A DNA stretch of 64,000 nucleotides from Candidatus Methanophagales archaeon. Its GTDB lineage: Archaea; Halobacteriota; Syntropharchaeia; Alkanophagales; Methanospirareceae. The notes beneath the pieces are model-generated. The model saw only the letters and a program-made list of their open reading frames with translations, did not search any database and was not told the DNA's origin. Position 1 is the first letter of the stretch; each line of letters starts with the position of its first letter. This document shows, one piece after another, positions 10,329 through 21,513 of this stretch. Both the position numbers and the translations under genes were made by a program. The stretch lies in NCBI GenBank assembly GCA_030602585.1, contig JAUVZJ010000003.1, positions 5,047 to 69,046 on the forward strand, given 5' to 3'.

Positions 10329-10943
10329 ATGAAGAAATACCTGCTTAGTGCTTCTAAGGAAGGACCTACAAAACTTTTTATCGGCGGTCTGCACGGAAAA
10401 GAAGGTTTATACACAGCACCTATTCTTGTGCGTTTGGCAAAGGAGGAACTATACTCTGGAGAGGCGATAATCGTCCCCAGCCTTGTCGAAAACAGCAAAT
10501 ACATAGACGTTTTATCCTGGGAATACTACCGTAGCAAAGAAGGCATGAATTTGATTCGCCTTATCGAAAAATACAAACCTTCTTTTTATTTCGAGCTACA
10601 CGCTTATGGAAAGCAGTCATATTCCAGGCTTACTGACCCAGAACGAGAAAAGAGAATAGGAGTTCCTCCTTTCGTTGATTTGCGAGTAGGGATTCTCATA
10701 GGGTCTATCGCACCTATACTGAGGAGTAAATTCAGCGAGAACGATTTTTGCATGACCATAGAAGTCCCAAATTGGAAAAGCGATAAAGTTAGAGCGGAAA
10801 TTTTACAGATTTTGAGGCTTGCACTAAGTAAAGAAAAGAGAGAGGATGTGATGGAGGCGCTTAGAATGAGGTATCCGATGCAAATAAAAAAGGCGGAACT
10901 GCTGTTTCGACAATACTACCGTAACAGGTTGAAACCGTTTTGA
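10329..10943 (+). CDS. DUF2119-family (carboxypeptidase-like) protein
   Basis: LFIGGLHGKEG, YFELH motifs typical of this methanogen family. Confidence 0.7.
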   Translation: MKKYLLSASKEGPTKLFIGGLHGKEGLYTAPILVRLAKEELYSGEAIIVPSLVENSKYIDVLSWEYYRSKEGMNLIRLIEKYKPSFYFELHAYGKQSYSRLTDPEREKRIGVPPFVDLRVGILIGSIAPILRSKFSENDFCMTIEVPNWKSDKVRAEILQILRLALSKEKREDVMEALRMRYPMQIKKAELLFRQYYRNRLKPF

Positions 10944-11240
10944 GTGTCAATGTTTATAGAATCTCCTCTCAAACTCATCCCATTACGCTGTCAGAATTGC
11001 TTGCGTGAAGCATAAGCATATCAACTAAAAATCCCTCTTCTTACACCCTTCACTTCAAAGCCAGTAAGGAGGATAAAAAAAGTCATGGCGCGGTTGACCC
11101 TTATTTATCTTTCTCCCCGACTTTTTCTTCTTTCCAATATCAAGGTTTGTTTTTATTTTTATATTAATTATGCCTTCTCATATAAAAATAGTTTTTACAT
11201 AAAAAAGCTTTTAAATACTCGGTTACAATAAGGATATACG

Positions 11241-11531
11241 ATGAAAATCGAAGATGATCTTTTAAAGGACGTCCGTGTACTTTTGCATCCGATAAGGTTT
11301 AGGATTGTGAAGCTGCTTGCTGAGAAGCCGATGCACGTAAAAGAGATAAGTAAAGCGCTGGGAGAAGAAAGGCGGCTTGTTTCTTATCATCTAAATATTA
11401 TGGAGAAATATGGGTTCTTGAAAAGTGATTATGAAATATCTGAGCTGCCGAAGTTAAAGGGGAAAGCGATAAGGAAATACAGGGTAACAGCGAAATTGGA
11501 AGAGATGATTTTATCGCTTAAAAAGATTTAA
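11241..11531 (+). CDS. ArsR-family winged-HTH regulator
   Basis: LLHPIR..IV.LL, SYHL..MEKYG. Confidence 0.75.
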   Translation: MKIEDDLLKDVRVLLHPIRFRIVKLLAEKPMHVKEISKALGEERRLVSYHLNIMEKYGFLKSDYEISELPKLKGKAIRKYRVTAKLEEMILSLKKI

Positions 11532-11619
11532 AGTTCATTAAACATGCTTAACTTTTTATAGTCATGGTAACATTCAATATATGCTTTTTTGCCTTCGTTT
11601 GCGTAATTAGGGATGCTAA

Positions 11620-13545
11620 ATGGTAAAAACTAATTTCTCGCTTTTTCCTTTCTCTTCGATAAGAAAAGGGCAAAGGGAGTTTATGGAAGACGTTAAGGAT
11701 GCCGTAGAGTGCGGGAAAATCCTTGTCGCTCATGCACCTACCGGGATAGGGAAAACCGTTGCTGCTCTCGTTCCTTCTTTACAATATGCCGTCGAAACCG
11801 AAAAAACGGTCTTTTTCCTCACTTCCAAGCGCAGTCAGCACAAAATTGCGGTTGACACGCTAAAGTTGATAAAAAAGCATGCGAAACTCGATTTCGTGGC
11901 TGTTGACGTTACTTCAAAGCAATCCATGTGCCCAAGAGCGACGTCCGTATACCAGGAGTACTATTCCGTATTCAACGAATTTTGCAAGTCCGAACAGAAG
12001 AATAAAAGGTGCCGTTATTTCTTGAACCACGATGAAGAAGCGCTTCAGCGGATAAGAGATGAGATAATGCACGTGGAGGATTTATGTAGCTGGTGCACCA
12101 GTAGAGGTGTATGTCCTTACAAGGCGGCTCTGGAGGTGGCTGAAAATGCTGATGTGCTCGTTTGCGATTATAATTATCTCTTTTCCGCAGGCATCACAGA
12201 AAAGGTGCTGGAGAAAATAGAAAAAGGGCTGGAGGACCTTATTGTAATCGTTGACGAAGCTCATAACCTGCCAGACCGTATAAGGAACAATCTCAGCAGT
12301 GAATTGCGAATGAGCACCGTAACAGGTGCAGCACGTGGTCTCCGCCATACAAACCGTGAGATGCATGGAAATCTTATGGAATTGGAAAGGATTTTCACTA
12401 AATTGGCTATGGAAGCGAGTAAAAACAATAAGGAAGAAATAAACGTGGATAAGGGCTTTCTGCTGGAAGAGATGGAGAAGGTGTTGAGAAGGCGAATAGA
12501 AGCGATGAGTTATGAAGATTTCATAGACTCGCTTAAAAGCATTGCCGAAGACTTTGAGACTACGAGAGGCGTTAAGGCTAAGGCTGCGGACGGCGGGAAA
12601 TATAAAAACGAGATAGTGCAGAGGAACGTTCTCAGTGTTGCGGATTTCCTCGATGGCTGGCGAACAAGAGAGAAATGCTTACGGATTTTTTCGCTCTCGC
12701 AGAAGGAAAATCCATCCCTTTACTTCAAACTGCTCGACCCCTCGGTAATAAGCGAACCTATATTCGCAAGGGCGCATTCAACCATAATGATGAGCGGCAC
12801 GTTATGCCCAACAGAGATGTATGCCGATGTTTTAGGCGCAGCTCCTGATAGGATAAAAGGAAAAGAAATAGTTCTGAGGGAGTACAAATCGCCTTTTCCA
12901 AAGGAGAACCGGGTGATTGTCGTTACAAAAGAGCTTACAACGAAATATACGAAAAGGAGCGAGGAGATGTACAGGAAGGTAGCCGGGAAGATTGCCGAAG
13001 TGGCTAAATACGTAAGAGGCGGCATGGCTGTCTTCTTTCCTTCTTATGCGCTTCTAAAAAACATTTCTGCGTATTTACCAGAGGGAGTAAGAAGAAGGAC
13101 GATAGTAGAGAGGAGAGAGATGAAGAAAGAGGAGAAAAATAGGTTATATGAGATGCTGAGGGAAGATAATGAGGGAATATTACTTGCCGTGCAGGGAGGT
13201 TCGTTTTCCGAAGGCATGGATTATGAATCCAACACGCTAAAGGCGATTATCGTGGTTGGATTGCCGTTAAGTCCGCCAACGCTGGAGGTAAAAACGATAG
13301 AAGGCTATTATGCAGGTAAATACGGAGCGGAAAAGGGACGGCTTTACGGTTATCACTACCCTGCGATTACAAAGGTGCTGCAAGCGGCTGGTAGGGGCAT
13401 AAGAAGCGAGCAAGACCGTTGCATCATCATTCTGATGGATTACCGATTCGCACAATTCCCGTATAAAAAATGCCTGCCCTCGGATTTCAATATGACCTTT
13501 ACAGATAGAGCGGAAGAGTTCTGTATAAATTTCTTTTCAAAATGA
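11620..13545 (+). CDS. xpd: XPD/Rad3-family Fe-S DNA helicase
   Basis: APTGIGKT, DEAH, Fe-S cysteines (MCP..FCK..CRY..CPY), QAAGRGIR. Confidence 0.9.
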   Translation: MVKTNFSLFPFSSIRKGQREFMEDVKDAVECGKILVAHAPTGIGKTVAALVPSLQYAVETEKTVFFLTSKRSQHKIAVDTLKLIKKHAKLDFVAVDVTSKQSMCPRATSVYQEYYSVFNEFCKSEQKNKRCRYFLNHDEEALQRIRDEIMHVEDLCSWCTSRGVCPYKAALEVAENADVLVCDYNYLFSAGITEKVLEKIEKGLEDLIVIVDEAHNLPDRIRNNLSSELRMSTVTGAARGLRHTNREMHGNLMELERIFTKLAMEASKNNKEEINVDKGFLLEEMEKVLRRRIEAMSYEDFIDSLKSIAEDFETTRGVKAKAADGGKYKNEIVQRNVLSVADFLDGWRTREKCLRIFSLSQKENPSLYFKLLDPSVISEPIFARAHSTIMMSGTLCPTEMYADVLGAAPDRIKGKEIVLREYKSPFPKENRVIVVTKELTTKYTKRSEEMYRKVAGKIAEVAKYVRGGMAVFFPSYALLKNISAYLPEGVRRRTIVERREMKKEEKNRLYEMLREDNEGILLAVQGGSFSEGMDYESNTLKAIIVVGLPLSPPTLEVKTIEGYYAGKYGAEKGRLYGYHYPAITKVLQAAGRGIRSEQDRCIIILMDYRFAQFPYKKCLPSDFNMTFTDRAEEFCINFFSK

Positions 13546-13651
13546 AAAAATGAAATAGCAAAGCGCTTCTTCAATTTGCACTTTGCATTTTGCACCGGGT
13601 TATATTTGCCTATTCCTCAGGTGAGATTTTTGATTTATAGTAGAACTAGAA

Positions 13652-14029
13652 CTACAACTCCTCCTCAAGCCCTTCGAGTTCTTCACCGAACTCCTCTTCT
13701 ACTTCTTTCTCCAGCTCAGTATCAGCGTCGGTACCTAAAGCAGCTTCTATTAACTCCCTTATGGAATTCCACGTTGCAAATGCCTTTTCCTTATCATAAG
13801 GGAAATTAAAAGACTTCCTTGCCCAGTCGCTTTCCACTATCTTTTTACCTTCCATCCTTCGCACCCAGTGCTGCTCTATGGATATAAACTTACCATATTG
13901 CCCCTCTTTTATAAGGCACTTCCATACTTTCCTTGGACTACCATCCTCATTTTTCATAATCTCCCTATACCCGACATCTTTTAACGTTCTTATACTCGGT
14001 CTTATTTCGCTCATGGCTTCTTCTTTCAC
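13652..14029 (-). CDS. Hypothetical protein with acidic C-terminal tail
   Basis: 125-aa ORF after RBS-like GGTGA; no motif recognised. Confidence 0.6.
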   Translation of the reverse strand: MKEEAMSEIRPSIRTLKDVGYREIMKNEDGSPRKVWKCLIKEGQYGKFISIEQHWVRRMEGKKIVESDWARKSFNFPYDKEKAFATWNSIRELIEAALGTDADTELEKEVEEEFGEELEGLEEEL

Positions 14030-14090
14030 CTATACCCCTTATCGCTTTATATCCCTATTTATATTTTTATTTTTGTTAACTACATTAAGT

Positions 14091-15101
14091 TTATGAGTAA
14101 ATCCTTATTATATCGGAGAGAATAGCACTTGCCGCTTCGATAGGTCCTGCGCCTTTTCCGATGACCGCGATATCGCCAGCCAAATCTGTTTTTATGGTTG
14201 CAACGTTCAGCGTGCCTCCAACGTTCAGCGGGTCTTCTTTTGGAACTAACCGGGGCGCAACTTTCAGGCATCCCTCCCTATCCACTTCTCCTATCAATTT
14301 TATCATGTAGCCTGCATCATTAGCCAGCTTCAGTGCATCAGGTGTTATCTCCGTGATGCCTGTTACCTCTACATCCTCATAAGTCGCATTCATATCAAAA
14401 ACGGAATTAGCTAAGATCACGAGTTTCACCGCAGTATCTATTCCTTCAACATCTTTGGAAGGGTCAGTTTCAGCTATTCCTATCTCCTGCGCCTCCTTTA
14501 ACACATGCTCGTATGGTAGCCCTTCTTCTGCCATCCGCGTTAGAATATAGTTGCAAGTGCCATTCAAAATGCCCTCTATGGATATTATCCCGTTGCCTGC
14601 GAGATTTTCCCGTATCAGCGAAATTATCGGCATAGCACCGCCTACCGCTGCTTCAAATCTTATTTCCTTTCCTCGCTTCGCTGCGAGTTCCATCAACCTT
14701 CTATACTCTAACGCCAGCGGACCTTTATTCGAGGTCACCACATGTCTATCGGATTCCAATGCTGTAATTATATGCGTTAATCCCGGCTCGCCATTCTCGA
14801 CGTTCGTTGGCGTTGCTTCTACCATAATCTCGTGCTCTATCTCTTTTATTACATCCCGGCTCGTCATATCTTCCGGCTTTTCCCCTGTCTTGAGCTTCAT
14901 TATCTCATCTTCACTCAGTCCATTCTCATTTACAATAACACCTCTCAAGTCCGCTATGCCGACAATTTTTATATCTATACCGTGTTTTCTCGCTATCTCC
15001 TCACGTTTCCGCCTTATTACTTCCGCTACGCCGCGCCCTACGTTCCCAAACCCGATTATCGAAATCCTTACCGTTTTTGGTTTTGTCTTCATTTTCCACA
15101 C
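14091..15101 (-). CDS. hom: Homoserine dehydrogenase
   Basis: [35 protein letters not shown]. Confidence 0.95.
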   Translation of the reverse strand: MWKMKTKPKTVRISIIGFGNVGRGVAEVIRRKREEIARKHGIDIKIVGIADLRGVIVNENGLSEDEIMKLKTGEKPEDMTSRDVIKEIEHEIMVEATPTNVENGEPGLTHIITALESDRHVVTSNKGPLALEYRRLMELAAKRGKEIRFEAAVGGAMPIISLIRENLAGNGIISIEGILNGTCNYILTRMAEEGLPYEHVLKEAQEIGIAETDPSKDVEGIDTAVKLVILANSVFDMNATYEDVEVTGITEITPDALKLANDAGYMIKLIGEVDREGCLKVAPRLVPKEDPLNVGGTLNVATIKTDLAGDIAVIGKGAGPIEAASAILSDIIRIYS

Positions 15102-15109
15102 ACTCCAAA

Positions 15110-15601
15110 TTAAACCGATGAGATAACCATGATGCCCTTCTTGTTCGCCGTACGCTCTAATATACCCAGAGCTTCTCTCAGTTCTTCTTTTCCTATTGCA
15201 CTGAGCGTAACCGAAGCAGAGGATTTCTTATCCACGCCGGGCATGGAAAGAGAAAGCTCCACCACTTCCGCAAATCCCGTGCTGTCTATACTATCTATCG
15301 TCTCTCTTATATCAGAATGCACTATATGCCCGATTAGCAAAACAACCATTGATTCCTTCAGTCGCTCTTTCCCTATTCTTACCACGTTCACGCCTCTTTC
15401 CTTTAACATTTCCACCAATCTATCCAATCCCCTTTCCTCTATCTCAAGTACCAGTTGAACAGGTATTCGCCCTGAAGGTGTCTTTTTATCACGCTGATGC
15501 AACACGCTGAGAATATTACCTCCAAAATCCGATACCGGCTGCAATGCAAGCACTAACTGACCCGGTATGTCTTTCAGTTCGATGTCCATGGATATTTTCA
15601 T
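15110..15601 (-). CDS. ACT-domain protein (hom-associated)
   Basis: [16 protein letters not shown]; conserved neighbour of hom in methanogens. Confidence 0.8.
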   Translation of the reverse strand: MKISMDIELKDIPGQLVLALQPVSDFGGNILSVLHQRDKKTPSGRIPVQLVLEIEERGLDRLVEMLKERGVNVVRIGKERLKESMVVLLIGHIVHSDIRETIDSIDSTGFAEVVELSLSMPGVDKKSSASVTLSAIGKEELREALGILERTANKKGIMVISSV

Positions 15602-15604
15602 TTT

Positions 15605-15838
15605 TTATACCTTCATCCCCTTCCTCACAAGTTCGACTTTTGAAAACTTAAAACTCATCTCTGCAACTGAAGAAGGACTTAACCTCTTTTTCGCATCCAG
15701 TATCTCTATTCCAATTATTTCGTTATTTTTATCAAGATCAATGATTATCCCTTCCCTGATCTCCTCGCTTATTTCATATTCCCCTTCTCTGAGTTTTATA
15801 TACATTGCATCCGCTTCAGGATCGTATCGTATTTCCAT
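15605..15838 (-). CDS. DUF2283-family protein (putative antitoxin)
   Basis: YDPEADAMYIKL...IIGIEILDA. Confidence 0.85.
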   Translation of the reverse strand: MEIRYDPEADAMYIKLREGEYEISEEIREGIIIDLDKNNEIIGIEILDAKKRLSPSSVAEMSFKFSKVELVRKGMKV

Positions 15839-15842
15839 CTTT

Positions 15843-16079
15843 TCACCTCCTTAAATACCTCTTCGGGTCAGTTCTATACGCAGAAACAACAGTTATTTTG
15901 TCTTCCTCCTTTTCATAAATAACCCTTAACAGTTTATTATCAAATACTTTGTGTGCTATTTTCCGATTACCACACCCGTTAACAACCTCTGTTGGATTTT
16001 TTATAGTCATTTCCACTTCTTTTTTACTTATTTTCCGCTCCTTTATTTGGTCCTCTGCATGTTTGTAATAGTTTATCAT
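15843..16079 (-). CDS. DUF4258-family protein (putative BrnT/RelE-like toxin)
   Basis: Y.KHA..QI.ER.I, LRVIY....ITVVSAY; paired with DUF2283. Confidence 0.8.
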   Translation of the reverse strand: MINYYKHAEDQIKERKISKKEVEMTIKNPTEVVNGCGNRKIAHKVFDNKLLRVIYEKEEDKITVVSAYRTDPKRYLRR

Positions 16080-16126
16080 TCTTTATATTTCATAGCCCTT
16101 TTCTCTTAAACTCATTCTAAATATCC

Positions 16127-17833
16127 TCACACCTCCACGCGCTCGAACAATTTCTTCGGCTTTTTCAGTGTTTGTCCACTCGCTATCGGCACCATCATCT
16201 CATCAAGCTTCACCGAATGCACGTCACTTTCCATGCCCAATTGCGACCATACTTCTTCCATCTTGTCCGGCATCACCGCCTCCATTAATATACAAACAGC
16301 TTTTATTATTTGCAGCACGTTCTTTACTATTTCCTCACATCTTTCTCTCTCTTTTTCACCCTTTTTTATCAAATGCCAGGGCTCTTCTCGCTGAAAAAAA
16401 CTGTTTCCAAAATCCGCCAGCTTCATCGCCGAATCAACGAGCTTCTTGAATTCGTATTCCTCCACCGCTTTTATCACTTCATCCCTCGTCTCTTCTATCT
16501 TGCCCAAGACCTCCTCTTCTATATCGCCTTCGGGAACCACGCTGAAATTTTTATACGCAAATGATACAACCCGCTGGACGAGGTTTCCCAGAACCGCCAA
16601 TAGCTCATTGTTTACACGCATGGAAAAAGAGTCCCAGGAGAAATCCAGCTCCTTCGTGTGGCTTGATTGCGCCACTAAATAATACCTTAACGTATCGGGA
16701 TGGAATCGTTCTAAAAACTCTTCCACCCATACCACGTCCCCCCTGCTCTTTGAAAACGTCTTTCCGTCTATTTTCACCATACCCGAAGCAACGACGGCAT
16801 CAGGCAGTGAATAATCCGCTCCTTTTAGCATCGCAGGCCAGAATATGCAGTGATGATATATAATGTCCGTGCCTATGAAATGCACAATAGTGGCTTGGTT
16901 TTCCGTCCAATATTTCCGCCATTCATTCTCTTCCGTTGTATAATATTTCTTTGGTAAAGCTTTCTTATAAGCCCTTACAGGGCTTGCGGGGTCGTGGGGC
17001 GGAGCCCCACATAAAGAAAGGTTTTTCATCAACTCTTCCGTAAATGAGATATACCCAATAGGAGCGTCAACCCAGACATAAACGACCAAATCATCCCTAC
17101 CCGGGAATTTCACGCCCCATTCCAGATTCCTCGTTATACACCAATCCCTCAGTTCCTTTTTCACCCATTCCTTCGCATAGTTCCTTGCATTTAGCGTCCC
17201 TCCCAATTTATCTAAATATGCAACGAGGAAATTGGCAAATGATGCGAGTTTGAAGAAGAACTGCTCCTGCTCCTTGAAATCCGCTTCGCTTCCGCAAGTC
17301 TTGCATTTCGGCTCTATTATCTCCCCGGGTTCGAGATGCTTACCACAGCCCTGGTCACATTCATCGCCTCTTGCAATCGCTCCACAGTGCGGGCATTCTC
17401 CCTCCACGTATCTATCAGGTAGAAACCGCCCGCAGGTATTGCAAAACGCCTGTTTTGTCTCCTCCTTATACACATACCCGTTCTCTATCAACTTCTTTAC
17501 TATCTCTTCCGTCCTTCTATGGTTGCTTTCCGAATCGGTTTGTCCATAGTAGTCGAAATCCACGTTCAGTTCTTTAAAAATTCGCTTGAAATGCTCATGG
17601 TATTTCTCAACTACCTCGTCTGGTGTGATGCCCTGCGCTTCTGCACTCAGCACAATCGGCGTTCCATGCGTGTCCGAACCACTTATAAAAAAGGCATCAT
17701 AACCCATCTTTCGGAGCATCCTCGTGTATATATCCGCGGGGACGTAAGTCCTGAGGTGCCCTATATGACACTCACCATTAACATACGGCAACGCAGAGGT
17801 TACCAGGACCGGCTTCTCGATTGGTATCTTCAT
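16127..17833 (-). CDS. metG: Methionyl-tRNA synthetase carrying an in-frame repeat insertion; no C-terminal tRNA-binding domain
   Basis: ALPYVNG..HIGH, Zn-knuckle Cys motifs, [14 protein letters not shown]. Confidence 0.95.
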   Translation of the reverse strand: MKIPIEKPVLVTSALPYVNGECHIGHLRTYVPADIYTRMLRKMGYDAFFISGSDTHGTPIVLSAEAQGITPDEVVEKYHEHFKRIFKELNVDFDYYGQTDSESNHRRTEEIVKKLIENGYVYKEETKQAFCNTCGRFLPDRYVEGECPHCGAIARGDECDQGCGKHLEPGEIIEPKCKTCGSEADFKEQEQFFFKLASFANFLVAYLDKLGGTLNARNYAKEWVKKELRDWCITRNLEWGVKFPGRDDLVVYVWVDAPIGYISFTEELMKNLSLCGAPPHDPASPVRAYKKALPKKYYTTEENEWRKYWTENQATIVHFIGTDIIYHHCIFWPAMLKGADYSLPDAVVASGMVKIDGKTFSKSRGDVVWVEEFLERFHPDTLRYYLVAQSSHTKELDFSWDSFSMRVNNELLAVLGNLVQRVVSFAYKNFSVVPEGDIEEEVLGKIEETRDEVIKAVEEYEFKKLVDSAMKLADFGNSFFQREEPWHLIKKGEKERERCEEIVKNVLQIIKAVCILMEAVMPDKMEEVWSQLGMESDVHSVKLDEMMVPIASGQTLKKPKKLFERVEV

Positions 17834-17971
17834 TTGTTTTTGGTTAGCGATAGCATCAATATCATATCAAAAATGATAGATTTATAATACTTTTGCTTTT
17901 TAACAACTTTTGATTTGGCAAGTAAAACTCTAAAAACTCGAAATAAAAAATAAAAAAGAGAGGAGAATTAT

Positions 17972-18646
17972 TTAGCCTCTTCTCCTCAAGAGATACGCCA
18001 CTGCCAGTAGTCCTGCAACTGCGAATACTGCCTCGAATCCAGGTGCCTTGCCCTCCCCTTCTGGAACCTCCGTAGTTTCTTCTGGCTCTTCTTCAGCAGG
18101 AGGTGCCGCACCACCACCTAAGGCTGCGATTCCTTTGTAATCAATTGAATTGGCAAATGAGTATAGCGTGTCTCTGTCGCTACTTGTACTGATAAACACC
18201 ATAAATCGGTCGTTTATGCCAACATATAAGCTATAATCATTCGAACCTTTGTCATAAATCTCCCCTGCGGGAAATCCTTTAACCTCTGTGGTCTTTGCAT
18301 ATCCTTCAGTCGATTCCCAGGCATAGAATCCTTGCCATAATGCCCACCATCCAACCTGATAGAACGCAGAATCCATAATTCCTACTTCAGCAGTTATATC
18401 TTCTGCGCCAGATTTTGTGTAACTTTCTGTTACCATGCTCCACGTTCCTTCTTCGATGGTATACATCATCCCAAATGGTTCTTCTCCTTCCCAACCAGAA
18501 GGAGCGGCTGGCAAGAATGCAATCAGCTCACTAAAATGTACCGCTTCTGTTGCTGCACTAACTGTACACAACCCCGTAGCTCCCACAAGGAGCATCACTA
18601 TCAGGACTAAAATACTTATTTCTTTCACTTTTTTCATACACCTCAC
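17972..18646 (-). CDS. PGF-CTERM cell-surface protein
   Basis: Signal peptide; C-terminal APGFEAVFAVAGLLAVAYLLRRR. Confidence 0.85.
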   Translation of the reverse strand: MRCMKKVKEISILVLIVMLLVGATGLCTVSAATEAVHFSELIAFLPAAPSGWEGEEPFGMMYTIEEGTWSMVTESYTKSGAEDITAEVGIMDSAFYQVGWWALWQGFYAWESTEGYAKTTEVKGFPAGEIYDKGSNDYSLYVGINDRFMVFISTSSDRDTLYSFANSIDYKGIAALGGGAAPPAEEEPEETTEVPEGEGKAPGFEAVFAVAGLLAVAYLLRRRG

Positions 18647-18657
18647 CTCCTAATTTT

Positions 18658-18984
18658 TTATTTTGTTTGGGCTTCTGCAAAATCGCCTACAATCGGCAGC
18701 TTATACATCTCTCCCTGATACGCCTTGAACATCAGTATCAACCACAGTATCAAAGATAATATCCCGATCAGCGATGAAATCACAATGCCAATGAAAGGTA
18801 TCCATCCAATTATCCACGCTATTATCATTAGTGGTAGGAACGTTGCGATAGACTGCATTGCATGAAACCGAACGAATTTGTTCTCCTTCTCCAGCACCAG
18901 GAATACAATGCCTGTTAGCCAGCCCAAAACATAGCACAAAAGCCCCGCTATATTCTCTTCCAAACCCATAGATGTTTTTTCCAT
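18658..18984 (-). CDS. DUF4870-family membrane protein
   Basis: GLEENIAGLLCY, FVRFHAMQS, YKLPIVG. Confidence 0.85.
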   Translation of the reverse strand: MEKTSMGLEENIAGLLCYVLGWLTGIVFLVLEKENKFVRFHAMQSIATFLPLMIIAWIIGWIPFIGIVISSLIGILSLILWLILMFKAYQGEMYKLPIVGDFAEAQTK

Positions 18985-19149
18985 TTTTTGCCTCCCAGTA
19001 TTTCATTATTAAAAGGGTTTTTAAACTTTTCGGTTGGGGGCATAATTCATAGACATCTCCTTGCATACCAAAAGTATTGAATATGCACTTTTTCAGGATA
19101 ATTTCTATTAAACAAATACAGGGTTAGATTTTTCTTCGCACCTTTCACG

Positions 19150-19917
19150 TCATCTTGCGAGAGACCCAGGAGCATGAGCAATCTTTATCAACGCCTCTTT
19201 CTCTACGAAATGCAGTTCACCGGGGACGACGAGCACATGTGGAAGTTCACCGAACTCATAGCTCTTCAATGCATTCAAATAATCTGCTTTCACCACCGGC
19301 ATATCCGACCCTGCCCTCGCTATCCCGACAATTATTGATTTTTTCAGCACTTCCCCTTTCCTTTTTTCCTCAACTGCTTCCAGCAGCCTTAACGCATCTT
19401 TTATACGCATCGGAATATCAAGATAGAGCAGAGTATGCAACCCACGCTCTTTGTTTGCTATTATCGTGTCGTATGGCACTTCTGATATAACCCCTTTGTA
19501 AGCTGGAGAGACCGTAGCGGATTTACCAAACTTGTAACTCTGGAGACCGCATACTCCCGCAACCGCCGATGAAATGGAAGGTGCGTGTATTATCCTCGTC
19601 TCTATTCCCATGTCTATCGCTCTAAGCCGCAAATCAACGTGCGTGGTTGCAATCATCGCATCTCCACCGCTAAGTAGAACCACTTTTTGTGTCTTTGCAT
19701 GCTTTAAAATCACCTCCTCCGCATTTTCCTCTATGCCCCCTCGCTCCAACACAAAAATTCGCTTGCCATACACCACCTCCATCCGTTCTACCGTTTTTCC
19801 GCCTAATGGCGAGGTGTAAAATTCGGCATACACTACATCCGCATCTCTTATCGCATCAACCCCCTTCAAGGTTATGTCCTTCTCGTCGTATAATCCAAGA
19901 CCAATAAAAGTAAGCAT
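19150..19917 (-). CDS. dph5: Diphthine synthase
   Basis: MLTFIGLGLYDEKDIT, EFYTS, GD.MIATTH, YKFGKS, GLHTL.YLD; start reset to 19917. Confidence 0.95.
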   Translation of the reverse strand: MLTFIGLGLYDEKDITLKGVDAIRDADVVYAEFYTSPLGGKTVERMEVVYGKRIFVLERGGIEENAEEVILKHAKTQKVVLLSGGDAMIATTHVDLRLRAIDMGIETRIIHAPSISSAVAGVCGLQSYKFGKSATVSPAYKGVISEVPYDTIIANKERGLHTLLYLDIPMRIKDALRLLEAVEEKRKGEVLKKSIIVGIARAGSDMPVVKADYLNALKSYEFGELPHVLVVPGELHFVEKEALIKIAHAPGSLAR

Positions 19918-20000
19918 AAATAAACTTCTCATCTACAAAAAGAAAAGTTTCAGTAACCGAAAAATTTATAATAACGCTCACATAATTATTAAGTGTCAAA

Positions 20001-21137
20001 ATGAAACGATTTGTATGTTTGTTTGTAATCGCCGTTTTAATATGTGCAATATTCCCGGTAATGGCAGAGGAAGAATTGCAAAGTCCGGGATTGCTACCTG
20101 ACCATCCGTTCTACGGAGTTAAAAGGTGGTCTGAAGGAGTTCATAAGTTCTTTACTTTTGATGATGATGCTAAAGCAAGACTGCATACACGTTTCTCTGA
20201 AGTAAGGTTAGCAGAAGCAAAAGCAATGACACAGCTTGGGAAAACGGAGTGGGTTGAAGATTTGATGGAAGATTACGTGGAGGAACTTGATGAGACCCAT
20301 AGATGCATGCAAAGACAGAGACAGAAGGGGGGACATATAATGGATTTAGCCGAGCACATGTGCAATGCAACGGATGAACACGCAGTGATTTTATCTGATT
20401 TAATAGATGAAGTTCCTGAACGTGCAAGACCACGTATAGAGCGTGCAATTAATGCCTCTTCCACGGGGCATATACGGGCATTGGAAGCAATCGAAGAAGA
20501 GAAACCTGAGCGGGCTGCTCGACTTTCTGCTAAATTTGCAGAAAAAAGAATGATACGAGCAAGGGAGATGTTCGAAGTTGGAAGACATGAACAAGCGCAA
20601 AGAATGCTCCGTAGATATAATGAAAGCATGGAAGAAGCTGAAGAAGCAATGAAGATGGCAGAAAAGCGTGGCTTAAACGTTACAGAGTTAGCTGAGCACG
20701 TCGGTAACATGACCTATAAACATATAGAAGTTCTTGAAGCGTTGTTGGAAAAAGTTCCTGAACAGGCTAAGCCACACATAGAGCATGCAATTAACGTGTC
20801 TATACATGGACACGAAACGAGTGTAAATAGAACACAAATGAGAATAAGACGAGTAACGGGTGAAATAGAAAAAACAAGTTGTGAAAGTGATGCCGATTGT
20901 AGAGCGCTAATTTGTCCACTGGTTATTGGCAGTGATACTCCTATTTGCAAGGATGGCAGATGCCTGTGCGGTGGTAAGTGGCAGTTAAATGTAACAGAAT
21001 GGCAAGAACGATTCAACGAAATGCCGGCAAATGTAACACAAAGAAGACTGCAAAGGATGGCTGAAAAATATAACAAGACCGGAATAGGCAGAATAGTAAG
21101 AGAAGCTACAATTCCTCTGAGGGAAAGAGGAACATGA
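20001..21137 (+). CDS. DUF5667-like secreted helical protein with C-terminal Cys-rich module
   Basis: Signal peptide, PGLLPDHPFY.VKRW.E; internal repeat (VPE.A.P.IE.AIN.S); CESDADC...C...C....C.C. Confidence 0.7.
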   Translation: MKRFVCLFVIAVLICAIFPVMAEEELQSPGLLPDHPFYGVKRWSEGVHKFFTFDDDAKARLHTRFSEVRLAEAKAMTQLGKTEWVEDLMEDYVEELDETHRCMQRQRQKGGHIMDLAEHMCNATDEHAVILSDLIDEVPERARPRIERAINASSTGHIRALEAIEEEKPERAARLSAKFAEKRMIRAREMFEVGRHEQAQRMLRRYNESMEEAEEAMKMAEKRGLNVTELAEHVGNMTYKHIEVLEALLEKVPEQAKPHIEHAINVSIHGHETSVNRTQMRIRRVTGEIEKTSCESDADCRALICPLVIGSDTPICKDGRCLCGGKWQLNVTEWQERFNEMPANVTQRRLQRMAEKYNKTGIGRIVREATIPLRERGT

Positions 21138-21157
21138 TAGAATTTCTTGTTATACTT

Positions 21158-21269
21158 GTTTACCGCTGAGCCCGCAGAGAACACAGCGAGAGAGTCAGGA
21201 AAATCATTTATCCTGTTGTGTTTCTCTTTTTTCGTCATTCCAGCGTTCTCCGTGATCTTGGCGGTAAAC
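21158..21269. repeat. REP-like palindrome family B (TTTACCGC...GCAGAGAACAC...GCGGTAAA)
   Basis: Copies at 21158-21269, 27224-27323, 48181-48264, 50118-50206; same core inside the 166-bp MITE. Confidence 0.8.
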
Positions 21270-21513
21270 AAACAGAATTCAGTTTTTATTTCACATAGTT
21301 GAAATAATTTTGATTTATACATCCTGAAAATCTACGCTAAAGGGTTGAAATATGAAAATAACGTCTGAAATTGCTTTGTTGATATGAAATATTTAAATTC
21401 CGAAAGGTTATTATAGGTGGTTAAAGCAAAAGAGTTATACGGATGGACATAAGTTAGGGTAAATAAGATGATGGTCATCTCATCAAGAGGGGGATGATAA
21501 AAAAATTTAGGAG

